This document shows positions 50,528 to 59,621 of a stretch of 64,000 nucleotides of DNA, in pieces. The stretch is taken from assembly GCA_048938105.1 (NCBI GenBank), contig JBHLMN010000009.1, positions 64,001 through 128,000 on the forward strand. Reading direction: 5' to 3'. Numbering within the stretch: the stretch's first letter is position 1; the number at the start of each line of letters is the position of its first letter. Below the pieces are notes generated by a model, which was given only the letters and a program-made list of their open reading frames with translations, did no database searches and had not been told where the DNA came from. Source of the DNA: Promethearchaeota archaeon (lineage in GTDB: Archaea > Asgardarchaeota > Heimdallarchaeia > Hodarchaeales > Hodarchaeaceae). A program made the translations under genes and the position numbers.

Positions 50528-51685
50528 TTAAACTGTTAAAGAAGATAAATCTTTAGGAAAATCGGTTAATATTTTATAACTATCCTCAGTAACAAGAACA
50601 GTGTCTGAGTGCCGCATTCCACCAAATTCTGGAATATAGATCCCTGGCTCTACTGAAAAAATGTGACCTGGTTCTAAAATTGTTGGATCTTCTTCTTTTA
50701 AAGAAGGTCGTTCGTGAAGTTCCAATCCGATTCCATGTCCTGAGCGATGGATAAAGTATTTCCCAAATCCAGCTTTAGTAATGATTCCCCTAGCAATTCT
50801 ATCGAGCTCAGAAACCTTAGTTCCAGGTTTAATAGCATTAATTATTGCTTGTTGCGCTGTACACATTGTTTCAAACATCTTTTCCTGTTTCTGCGATGGT
50901 TTCCCTATAATGAATGTTCTTTCACATTCTCCATGATATCCACTTAATGATACGACACGTGTGTGAATTACAGAATCTCCCTCTTTGAGCTTTCGAGATG
51001 TGGAAAAAACATGAGGAAGGGCACTTCTAACTGGACCAGAAGGGCTCATGTTAACGGTAAAACGTAATACAGATTCTGGAAAGTCAATACTACTTCGTTC
51101 TAAAATGGCATTGTTTCCCATAGTATCTAATTGAATTTCTGTTAGTCCTTCTGTTGCTTTTTCAATAGTTCTAGAGACTCCATAAGCAGCTAGTTCTGCA
51201 GCTCGTGTGACTGCTTCAATTTCATTCCTAGATTTAACCATTCTTAACTGCTCAATTATTTCAGAAGTATCTGAAAAGGTGGCTTTGGGAAAAATAGTCT
51301 TTAGTAAGGATATGGAAGAAAGAGGACAATATTTCTCTTCAATTCCGATATTTCTTTTGTGAAGTCCAAGAGTTTCTACTACTTGTTTAGTTATTTGAAA
51401 GGGATCAGTTTCTTTCTTTTCCTCATCTTTCTCTAAAGGGAATTCAACATAGGAACGAATGTCATTTATTACTGATTCTTTTTTCGCATGTTCTTCATCA
51501 AGAGCAGGGACAATTAATGTGGGTTCTTGCTCCAGAGGGAAGATAGTAATTATGGGTCTAGAATAAGTCAAAGCAAAAAATGTGCTTAAATAGACGGTAT
51601 GGGGAGGATGCCAAGTTATGAGAACGCTGATATCCTTTTTTTGCATTTCTCCTTTGATTTTATTCCATCGTTTCATATAATCCAA
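50528..51685 (-). CDS. M24 family (creatinase/prolidase-fold) hydrolase
   Basis: Creatinase-N domain, LRMVKS..E, HRSGHGIG, VEPGIY, RHSDT. Confidence 0.9.
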   Translation of the reverse strand: MDYMKRWNKIKGEMQKKDISVLITWHPPHTVYLSTFFALTYSRPIITIFPLEQEPTLIVPALDEEHAKKESVINDIRSYVEFPLEKDEEKKETDPFQITKQVVETLGLHKRNIGIEEKYCPLSSISLLKTIFPKATFSDTSEIIEQLRMVKSRNEIEAVTRAAELAAYGVSRTIEKATEGLTEIQLDTMGNNAILERSSIDFPESVLRFTVNMSPSGPVRSALPHVFSTSRKLKEGDSVIHTRVVSLSGYHGECERTFIIGKPSQKQEKMFETMCTAQQAIINAIKPGTKVSELDRIARGIITKAGFGKYFIHRSGHGIGLELHERPSLKEEDPTILEPGHIFSVEPGIYIPEFGGMRHSDTVLVTEDSYKILTDFPKDLSSLTV

Positions 51686-51741
51686 TTTGAAATCATCTTT
51701 ATTTGAGTATATTACTGGACTAAAGGCTTTTGAAAATAAAT

Positions 51742-52467
51742 TCAGGGTAGAATGTCAATATCTAGATATTTTTTGTCATGGGGAGCAATTATTATATCTG
51801 CAATGTCTTGAATTTTCCTTACAGAGTCATATGCCTGAAGTGAATCAATGTGTATTCCTGGAGCTATCGCTACCACTCCCATATCTTTCATTTGTTGCGG
51901 GGGGTCGTAATTTTCTTGGATTGAACACAAACCGCTGATACAAACCTTTCCTTTATCAGTTTCAACTAGAACGCTTTGATTACCAGGTGTATGCCCAGGC
52001 GTCTTGATAATTTTAACTCCTGGGGCGATCTCTTTATCACCATCAACAACCTCTAGATTTGTTTTCTCAGGGGGAATAATAAACCACCCTGTTTGTGTTG
52101 GATGGGGATTTTTAGCATATTCTAATTCATCTTTCTGAACATACACTGTTGCGTTCTTGTATTTAGCAATATCCGCTGCATGGTCAGTGTGAAGATGTGT
52201 TAATATTAATATATCAATATCATCCACGGATAAACCGACTTTTTCTAAAGCTTCCTCTTGTGTCTGGCCATCAATCCCTGGAAAGCCAGTACTTCTAATT
52301 AATTCACCTGAACAGCCAGTATCAACTAAAATATTTTTATCAGCACCTTTTATTAACCAAGAATAAACACCTAAGGTAATCTCCGTACCGTGACCCATTA
52401 AATAAGTCATAAATCCCATATCAATAGGAGATTCTGTAGCAATTGGTAGTGGAATAATATTCATCAT
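51742..52467 (-). CDS. N-acyl-homoserine-lactonase-like MBL hydrolase
   Basis: ILVDTG, THLHTDH, TPGHTPG, APHD; GGAG followed by ATG at 52467. Confidence 0.9.
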   Translation of the reverse strand: MMNIIPLPIATESPIDMGFMTYLMGHGTEITLGVYSWLIKGADKNILVDTGCSGELIRSTGFPGIDGQTQEEALEKVGLSVDDIDILILTHLHTDHAADIAKYKNATVYVQKDELEYAKNPHPTQTGWFIIPPEKTNLEVVDGDKEIAPGVKIIKTPGHTPGNQSVLVETDKGKVCISGLCSIQENYDPPQQMKDMGVVAIAPGIHIDSLQAYDSVRKIQDIADIIIAPHDKKYLDIDILP

Positions 52468-52650
52468 TATAACTCCTTCTTTATTGGATAGAGAACATCT
52501 TTTAAACAAATCAATTCTCTAATAAACATTTCTTAGTTTATTGTTTCTGTGTAATTCTTTATAATGATTAAAATTTCATTGTGAGAATTCCCGTATAAGA
52601 TGATAAAAGCGTATTCATTTAGTTAAGCCATATTTTTCAGGAGATTAATA

Positions 52651-53436
52651 ATGATAGAGATAAAAAAACTGAAAACAGTTGAAGAATTCAAACAAACCTT
52701 CGAAATTCAAAAGAACGCTTGGGGGATTAGTGATTTAGAAATAGACCCTCATTTTTTAATGAGTAGAGTTCAAAAATATGGTGGCTTACTTCAAGGACTT
52801 TTTATAGATACAAAATGTGTTGGTTTCACTTATGGCATTCTTGGAAAATGGCAGGGAGAGATCTTTTTTTTCTCCTATATGGCAGCAGTGATGAGGGAAT
52901 ACCAAGGGCAAGGATTTGGATTCCTATTAAAAAAAGCTCAAAGAGAAGAAGTCCTAAAGATGGATTATAATATCATTCGGTGGAATTTTGACCCACTAGA
53001 ATCCTTAAATGCTTATTTTAACTTTCATAGACTGGGAGTAATCAGCTCAGAATATGAAAGAAATATTTATGGAGTGGGGGATAGAGGACTTGACAAAGGT
53101 CTCCCAACCGACAGATTACTTGTCACCTGGAATTTAACCTCTGAACGAGTGATCAAAAAAATGGAAAAAAAAGAAGCAAAGATTATAGAAATGATTCCTA
53201 CCGCAAAAATAGGGGAGTTTAAAAACAAAATTGCTTATATCGAAATCCCTAGAGATATCCGTTCTTTGAAAAAGAATGATTTAAATCAAGCATATGAGTG
53301 GAGAGCGAAGACATGTGAACAGTTTGAGTTCGCTTTTAGAAGCGGATTTGTTGCTGAGGAAATCGTTTTTTCAGAGGATCAAAAGAGAATCTTCTATAAA
53401 TTAACCAAGAAGGATGATGATGTTGAATCGGATTAA
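52651..53436 (+). CDS. GNAT acyltransferase (COG3375-like, candidate D-amino acid N-succinyltransferase)
   Basis: YQGQGFGFLLKKAQR, WNFDPL..NAYFNF..LG, GLPTDRL; overlaps the NSAR gene. Confidence 0.88.
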   Translation: MIEIKKLKTVEEFKQTFEIQKNAWGISDLEIDPHFLMSRVQKYGGLLQGLFIDTKCVGFTYGILGKWQGEIFFFSYMAAVMREYQGQGFGFLLKKAQREEVLKMDYNIIRWNFDPLESLNAYFNFHRLGVISSEYERNIYGVGDRGLDKGLPTDRLLVTWNLTSERVIKKMEKKEAKIIEMIPTAKIGEFKNKIAYIEIPRDIRSLKKNDLNQAYEWRAKTCEQFEFAFRSGFVAEEIVFSEDQKRIFYKLTKKDDDVESD

Positions 53437-54547
53437 TCATATCGATTCTATAGAATTATTCATTGTTAAGCTTCCTCTTGTGGAACCTTTTGAGACTAGC
53501 TTTGCAATTGAGACCCACAAGGAAGCTCTTCTATTGAGAATAAGCTCTGAAGGAATAGATGGCTGGGGTGAATGCGTGGCTTCTCCAGATCCCTATTTCA
53601 GTAGTGAAACTAATGAAACTGCCCTTCATATAATTCGAACTTATTTATTATCATTAATTACAAAGATGAAGAATTTCTCACTTCAAGAGGTTCTAGAAGC
53701 GTTCGAGAGGATCAGGGGCCATAATATGGCGAAAGCAACTGTAGAAAATGCTCTTCTTGATCTTCTAGCTAGAAAACGAGGTCTCCCCCTGTATGAGCTC
53801 ATTGGCGGAGAAAAAAAAAGGATTATGTCAGGTATTAGTATTGGGATCAAACAAGACATAAATGATCTTCTAGAGACCATTAAAAGAGCATTGAGTAAAA
53901 ACTATCACAGAATCAAGATTAAAATAAAAAAAGGAATGGAAATTGAACCCTTAACTAGAGTACGGGAGAATTTCCCAGATATCAAAATCATGGTAGACGC
54001 CAATGCTGATTATTCCATTAAAGATATCAGAATCCTCAAACAACTCGATAATTTTGATCTAATGATGATCGAACAACCGTTAGAATATAATGACCTCTAT
54101 TTTCATTCATTAGTTCAGAAAGAATTACAAACACCGATTTGCCTTGATGAATCAATTGAGAATCTCAACGATGCTAAAACTGCTATTAATTTGGGAAGCT
54201 GTCAATTCATTAATATTAAACAAGGACGTGTAGGGGGTATTTTGAATGCAAAAGTCATTCAAGAATATTGCAGTAAAAATGGTATAAAAGTCTGGTCTGG
54301 AGGTATGCTAGAAACAGGTATCGGAAGAGCTTTTAATATCCATTTACAAACGCTTCCTGGCTTTTTATTGCCAGGTGATACTTCTGAAACCTCCCGCTAT
54401 TTCCAAAAGGATATTGTTGAACCCTCAGTAAAGCTTCGAGCAGATGGGTTTATTGATATACCTGAAGGTGAGGGGATAGGGGTACGAGTCATCCCAGACA
54501 GATTGACGCGCTTCACAGCCTTTTCTGAAAAGATAGAATGCAAGTAA
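53414..54547 (+). CDS. menC: o-succinylbenzoate synthase / N-succinylamino-acid racemase (NSAR/OSBS subfamily)
   Basis: PFETSF, GWGEC, KIKIK, DAN, EQPL, LDES, NIKQGRVGG, GGMLETGIGRA, LPGDTS. Confidence 0.92.
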   Translation: MMMLNRINHIDSIELFIVKLPLVEPFETSFAIETHKEALLLRISSEGIDGWGECVASPDPYFSSETNETALHIIRTYLLSLITKMKNFSLQEVLEAFERIRGHNMAKATVENALLDLLARKRGLPLYELIGGEKKRIMSGISIGIKQDINDLLETIKRALSKNYHRIKIKIKKGMEIEPLTRVRENFPDIKIMVDANADYSIKDIRILKQLDNFDLMMIEQPLEYNDLYFHSLVQKELQTPICLDESIENLNDAKTAINLGSCQFINIKQGRVGGILNAKVIQEYCSKNGIKVWSGGMLETGIGRAFNIHLQTLPGFLLPGDTSETSRYFQKDIVEPSVKLRADGFIDIPEGEGIGVRVIPDRLTRFTAFSEKIECK

Positions 54548-54549
54548 CT

Positions 54550-55908
54550 CTATGTATCAAGATATTTTATCCCCGCTTTACCCCAAGAATCTAATGCTTG
54601 TTGTAATTCTACGTATTCGTCCTCGTGGTCATCTAAGTAATCTTCAAGATCCTCAGCTGCTTCATCTAAGTGAGTCATACCAATATCAATGACCTGCCGA
54701 AATGCTTTTGCTCCTGCCCGGGTACCTTTTGGATGCGAATGAATTCCAACACCTGCTCCAATCATAATATCGTTACCTAAATCCTTCATGATACGTAAAG
54801 CAATTCCTGGTGTTACTCCTCCTGATGGCATAGGTAATACTGGTTTTAACGAACCGAAGGGATAACGGAGTGCTTTTGCACAGGCAAGATATTTATCCCG
54901 AATAAAAGGTGCTTTGCTATATGCACTAGGGTAGACTAGTGCATCAAGCCCCGCCAACCGAGCGAGCTTTCCCATAATTAGGAATGAAGACATACCAGAC
55001 ATTGAAGACTCATAGTACACTCCAGCAAAATCCATATGCCCTAAAATAGGAACTTTAATACTCTCATCAGCAGCTAACTCCCGTACAACAGGAAGGCCTG
55101 CAGTTAGATAATTAACCATGAGTCCATTAGTCCCAAAATCAAGCGCTTTTTGGGCATTTTCTAAAATTTTCTGAGGTTCAGCTGTTATATTCACCATATA
55201 GATGGTATCTTCTCCTGTTTCATCTTTAGCTTTATCTTTCATCTCCATGTAGGTAGTAACCCTATCCTCTAATGGTAAATACTTAATATCACCAGCTGTA
55301 CTTTCATCGTCTTTGATGAAGTCAGCGCCGCCCATCGCTGCTTCATAAAAAAGGGCTTTCCCATCCTCCAAGGTGTAGGCATGATCAATATTTGTTAAGA
55401 AAGGCCGTTTTGGCACAGCAAGTTGTTTTCTAATGCCTTCAATCCCAAATTTCGGTCCTTTGAACTCAGATAGAAAACGTTGGGGGAAAATAACGTCTAG
55501 AAGTTTGACTTTGCCACCCATACTAATGTTACCCAGTAGAGTAGTCAATAGTAATGGAAATTGGGTGTCTAATCCTTCAAGAGGGTACGCGACTTGAATA
55601 ATATATTGTCGTTCTTTCACTTCGTTTGGAATGCCTATTTCATAAGGAGGAATTTCATACACACCAATGACCTTACCTGAGAACTTTCGAAGGATTTCAC
55701 GGGGGTCACTATGAACTGGATAATAAGAGCCAACAGTTTGTTCTTGAATAACTACTTTTCCCATATACCAGGGGTCAAGAGTACTACTAAATGCAGTATA
55801 GTATATTCCAATCACATAATCCTCGGAATTTATAGACTCTTGTAGTCCCTCAGGGTAATATCCCCATTTACTATCAGCATAACTATCAAATTTCGATTTC
55901 TTTACCAT
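54550..55908 (-). CDS. RuBisCO-like protein (form IV), divergent
   Basis: EQTVG, GNISMGGK, GPKFGIEGIR, GGADFIKDDE, ILGH, PMPSGG, GIHSHPKG..AGAKAFRQ. Confidence 0.92.
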   Translation of the reverse strand: MVKKSKFDSYADSKWGYYPEGLQESINSEDYVIGIYYTAFSSTLDPWYMGKVVIQEQTVGSYYPVHSDPREILRKFSGKVIGVYEIPPYEIGIPNEVKERQYIIQVAYPLEGLDTQFPLLLTTLLGNISMGGKVKLLDVIFPQRFLSEFKGPKFGIEGIRKQLAVPKRPFLTNIDHAYTLEDGKALFYEAAMGGADFIKDDESTAGDIKYLPLEDRVTTYMEMKDKAKDETGEDTIYMVNITAEPQKILENAQKALDFGTNGLMVNYLTAGLPVVRELAADESIKVPILGHMDFAGVYYESSMSGMSSFLIMGKLARLAGLDALVYPSAYSKAPFIRDKYLACAKALRYPFGSLKPVLPMPSGGVTPGIALRIMKDLGNDIMIGAGVGIHSHPKGTRAGAKAFRQVIDIGMTHLDEAAEDLEDYLDDHEDEYVELQQALDSWGKAGIKYLDT

Positions 55909-55992
55909 TTGTTGAGCCTCATCCTTAACTATAAAATGTGTTTAAAAAATTATTATAGGTCTGATTCACATCGATTTTGTTGAGGATATCCA

Positions 55993-56331
55993 ATGAAAAA
56001 CCAACTTTTTGTTTTATTTAATAATAATAAAGGGATCTTCACTCATATCCTTTTGAACGTCTTTGATTTGGCTGAAAAAGGTTACAATGTTGGGATAGTA
56101 TTTGAGAGTGAGGCATGTAAACTGATCACGGAATATGAAAACAAAAAATATGAGAAATTTGAAAAGTTAAAAGAAAAAAATTTAGTCGCTGCTGTTTGTA
56201 AGGTTTGTGCAAAGGCAATGGGTGCATTAGAATCTGCAGAACGGCAAGGATTCCCTATTGACGACACTTTACATGGCCATCCTTCATTAGAATCTTGGAT
56301 TAACAATGGATTCAATGTGATGCTTATTTAA
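55993..56331 (+). CDS. DsrE-like protein
   Basis: HILLN..L..KG..V.IVFE.EA, VCKVCAKAMG, GHPSL. Confidence 0.8.
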   Translation: MKNQLFVLFNNNKGIFTHILLNVFDLAEKGYNVGIVFESEACKLITEYENKKYEKFEKLKEKNLVAAVCKVCAKAMGALESAERQGFPIDDTLHGHPSLESWINNGFNVMLI

Positions 56332-56386
56332 TTTTTATCAATTCTCAATCAAATACAAATGAATGAACTGAGGAATCTATGACTAA

Positions 56387-58378
56387 ATGAATGATCATCA
56401 AATTCTTTATGGAGATGTTTGGGCAAGTCTTTCCACATTAGAGGACAATTTTGTCGATTGTGTTATCACCTCCCCTCCCTACTGGTCACAAAGAGATTAT
56501 GGATTTAATTCCCAAATAGGGATTGAATCTACTCTTAATAATTATCTTACAAAATTAGTCACTATTTGTAATTTACTCCGCCAAAAATTAAAGCCCAAAG
56601 GAAATTTTTACTTAAATATTGGCGATAAATATGTTAGCAAATATGGTAACACCCCTTTAGCAATGATTCCCTATTTATTAGCTTATTTTCTAGTCAGAGA
56701 CGGTTGGAAATTAAAGGATACTTTAATCTGGTATAAAACGAATCATATGCCAGCTCCAGTTAAGAACCGATTAACTAACACTTATGAGCCAATATTTGTG
56801 TTCTCTAAGACCAATAGGAATTATTATAGCGATTATAGACAAACAGTGAATGTTTCTAATATTTTGAAAATACCTCTCCAACCTGTTCCATATAAACATA
56901 TAGCTACTTACCCTGAGAAGCTTGTTGAAGCAATATTGAGATTTGGTCTCCCTAATGATGCATTAGTACTAGATCCATTTGCAGGCTCAGGAACTACCTG
57001 TAAAGCAACCCAGCATATATCTGAGGGATACTTCAATCCAATCAAAATGCGTTCGATTATGATTGAAGCATATAATGAGTACATCAAGATCATTAGAAGA
57101 CGATGTAACATCAAAAAGGGAAATATTCGGAAAATTCCCTTCAGATCTTATCAAGTCCCTCCTCTTATCAATAACTTCGTCATCCCAGAAGCAGAAAACA
57201 AAATTCCTGATGATTGTAAATTTGAATCCAGTAATGTGATTATCAAGGTATTTCAAAAGTCAAAAGATTTTCATTCATTTCTTCCCTTTCTATTTAATAC
57301 CGTTATTATTGATTCCTTAGATGACGATGGGATTTTGTTCCTAGGATTACCAAACCATGATATCGAGGATATTTTCTCAATCACACAACTAAATGATCAT
57401 GGATGGATTATTCGAAATATGAATGTTGTTCCTCGAGAAAAAGACTGGATTCCTATCTTCATGATGGTCAAAGATATCAAGTCTGTAAGATACAAATTCA
57501 ATCTTGATAAAATTAGAGTTGATCATCAATATGAGAGTACAGAAAATTGGAACAGTATTGATTTCACTGGGTATCGAGTGGAAAAATCGCAAGCGTTGTA
57601 CAAAAAACCAGATACAGGCCTGATTGGTAAAGTTCTCTCATGTCATCCAAATGGATTACCTCATTGGATTGTAGTTAAATGGAAATCACGAGGATACTCT
57701 GTCGAAGAAGTTATTACTGGTTCTGGCCAAAAAAAGAACATTAAAATGTTTTGTCCAGAGTGTAAAACGGAATTACTGAAATATTATCATTATAAAGATG
57801 TAATTTCATGTCCCTCGTGCTTACTACAACTATGGCAAGATACAAAGAGCATCCCGATACTTGTGGAAGTTAATCCATTTAATAAACCTGAATATCAGCA
57901 TGAAAACATTGATGTTTTAGAGAAGAAAACAAAAAAAGAATACGAGGGGAAGTTTAAAGATATGGATAGAATAAATATTGGACAATCCCCTGGAGCTAGA
58001 GTTTCCATTGAAGATCAGTTTTTTTCCGTCAAGAGGTACTATACTGTAAAACAAAGCATGATTTCCGATTATCTTAATCTCCATAGAACGAAGAATAGTC
58101 TATCAAAGAATGCTTTAACTCAAAAATTCCCTCCCGAGTATAAGCACACGGTTGGCCATTGGTTACGAAAGGATATGGGAGGGTCTCTTCCTAAATATGA
58201 GGATTTAATCAAGTTGAATGAATTTCTACACTTGGATCAATCTTATATTAATTATATCAGTCGAACAGGGTTGAATTTGCAGACTGTTATAACAGATGCT
58301 AAAGGAAAAAATCCAGGAGACTTTCTAGATTACCCTTTACCACAAGTAATTACCATGTTAAAAAGAGTTGGTGAATAA
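56387..58378 (+). CDS. Beta-class N4/N6 DNA methyltransferase with long C-terminal extension (degenerate MTase repeat, Zn ribbon, HTH)
   Basis: TSPPY, HIATYP, VLDPFAGSGTT; CPEC/CPSC; HTH-like segment; GKNPGD. Confidence 0.9.
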   Translation: MNDHQILYGDVWASLSTLEDNFVDCVITSPPYWSQRDYGFNSQIGIESTLNNYLTKLVTICNLLRQKLKPKGNFYLNIGDKYVSKYGNTPLAMIPYLLAYFLVRDGWKLKDTLIWYKTNHMPAPVKNRLTNTYEPIFVFSKTNRNYYSDYRQTVNVSNILKIPLQPVPYKHIATYPEKLVEAILRFGLPNDALVLDPFAGSGTTCKATQHISEGYFNPIKMRSIMIEAYNEYIKIIRRRCNIKKGNIRKIPFRSYQVPPLINNFVIPEAENKIPDDCKFESSNVIIKVFQKSKDFHSFLPFLFNTVIIDSLDDDGILFLGLPNHDIEDIFSITQLNDHGWIIRNMNVVPREKDWIPIFMMVKDIKSVRYKFNLDKIRVDHQYESTENWNSIDFTGYRVEKSQALYKKPDTGLIGKVLSCHPNGLPHWIVVKWKSRGYSVEEVITGSGQKKNIKMFCPECKTELLKYYHYKDVISCPSCLLQLWQDTKSIPILVEVNPFNKPEYQHENIDVLEKKTKKEYEGKFKDMDRINIGQSPGARVSIEDQFFSVKRYYTVKQSMISDYLNLHRTKNSLSKNALTQKFPPEYKHTVGHWLRKDMGGSLPKYEDLIKLNEFLHLDQSYINYISRTGLNLQTVITDAKGKNPGDFLDYPLPQVITMLKRVGE

Positions 58379-58408
58379 GAAAATGAAAAGGCCTATTATA
58401 AGTACCAA

Positions 58409-59371
58409 TCATCTTTTAATTTTTCCAGGGAGGTAAAAATCATACTGTCTACGAAATAGTTTTGTTTGAATATAGCGGTCAAGACGTCTAGCATTTTGAA
58501 AAATAACCCAAATTTGCTTATCCTCATCATAATATTTCTTTACTTCACCATATGTAAGAGGAGTAATTCCAAATTCTGCTGCTTCTTGACTGAAGAACCT
58601 ATTGATTACCTCAAGCACACCAGGGATTAACTCTGGCCTCTGTTCTTTGAAGAAATTCGCTATTAAATCTATAGTGACCAAACGCCAATCATAGTAGCGA
58701 CCGATGACCTCTTCAAGAAATAATGCTTTTAATAACCATCGGAGAAAAAAAGGAGCACTTTTTAAGAAAAGAACTGGTTCCATGCCTTCTATGCCGTGTT
58801 TTCTGAACATAGGTGTGGAAGTATCTAAATAAATAAGTTTATCATCTACTGAGATTTTTGGGTTCTGAGGATCATAATCCATAACAGCCCAGTTTGAAAT
58901 TTGACCATCTAAACCAACCTTTAAGGTCTTGCTTCGGTTATTAAAAGACCAAATTTTATACATCTCTCGCATGATAAGGAGAATTAGAGTGTGAATTTCT
59001 CTCTGACTAATTGAATGATGAATAATTTTATGCCCAACAGAATCTCCAAGTATTTTTTCTTGGGCACAATATAATACTATTTTTCCCGCTTGAGATTGTA
59101 TCCAGACTGCATCATGAGCTGGAACGTTGAATCCAAGCTTTTGAAGAATTTGGTGATAGATATTATAAGCATAAATGTGTCGTTTTACTTGAACTTCTGT
59201 ATCAAAAATGGGTAGACGTTTATAAGCTATTTTTTGATCGTCATTCATGAGTTCAAACACTAAACTGATCTCGCCATAACCGAGAATGCTTATTGGGACT
59301 TCTCCTCTTTCAGGATAAATTGTATCAATGGTATTCTCAAATTTCCATAATAGACTCGTGTTGATCTTCAT
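58409..59371 (-). CDS. DUF6206-like protein (kinase-like motifs)
   Basis: ILGYGEISLV, YKRLPIF, GLDGQISNW, YLDTSTP. Confidence 0.75.
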   Translation of the reverse strand: MKINTSLLWKFENTIDTIYPERGEVPISILGYGEISLVFELMNDDQKIAYKRLPIFDTEVQVKRHIYAYNIYHQILQKLGFNVPAHDAVWIQSQAGKIVLYCAQEKILGDSVGHKIIHHSISQREIHTLILLIMREMYKIWSFNNRSKTLKVGLDGQISNWAVMDYDPQNPKISVDDKLIYLDTSTPMFRKHGIEGMEPVLFLKSAPFFLRWLLKALFLEEVIGRYYDWRLVTIDLIANFFKEQRPELIPGVLEVINRFFSQEAAEFGITPLTYGEVKKYYDEDKQIWVIFQNARRLDRYIQTKLFRRQYDFYLPGKIKR

Positions 59372-59582
59372 AAAAATCCTTCATATATAATGTTTTACAG
59401 ATATTAAAGAAGAATCCTTAACATTTCCTAAAAAATTTATCTGATATTACTTCAGTAAGATCCAATTAACACATTCTTTTGAAGAAACGTATTATTATCT
59501 TAGAGAGAAGATTAAGAGAAAATAAGTTTGTTATAGTAATCAACCTGGTTTTTATTTTGACTTTAAATTTATGAATCCAATT

Positions 59583-59610
59583 GAAAAAAAGGGGGGAAAG
59601 GAAGAAAAGG
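59583..59610 (-). terminator. Pyrimidine/T-tract terminator of the metalloprotease gene
   Basis: Minus strand CCTTTTCTTCCTTTCCCCCCTTTTTTT just after the stop. Confidence 0.45.
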
Positions 59611-59621
59611 CTTTATTTGAT

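Noticed and set aside
53414-54547. Menaquinone biosynthesis operon
   Set aside because: No other men genes are nearby, and coupling to a GNAT indicates the NSAR context.
54550-55908. Bona fide CO2-fixing RuBisCO (form III)
   Set aside because: The K175/K177 motif and the H-R-A-x-H and H-x-G-T motifs are absent; the sequence fits form IV.
55993-59371. Restriction-modification or other defence system
   Set aside because: No recognisable endonuclease, helicase or specificity subunit flanks the methyltransferase.
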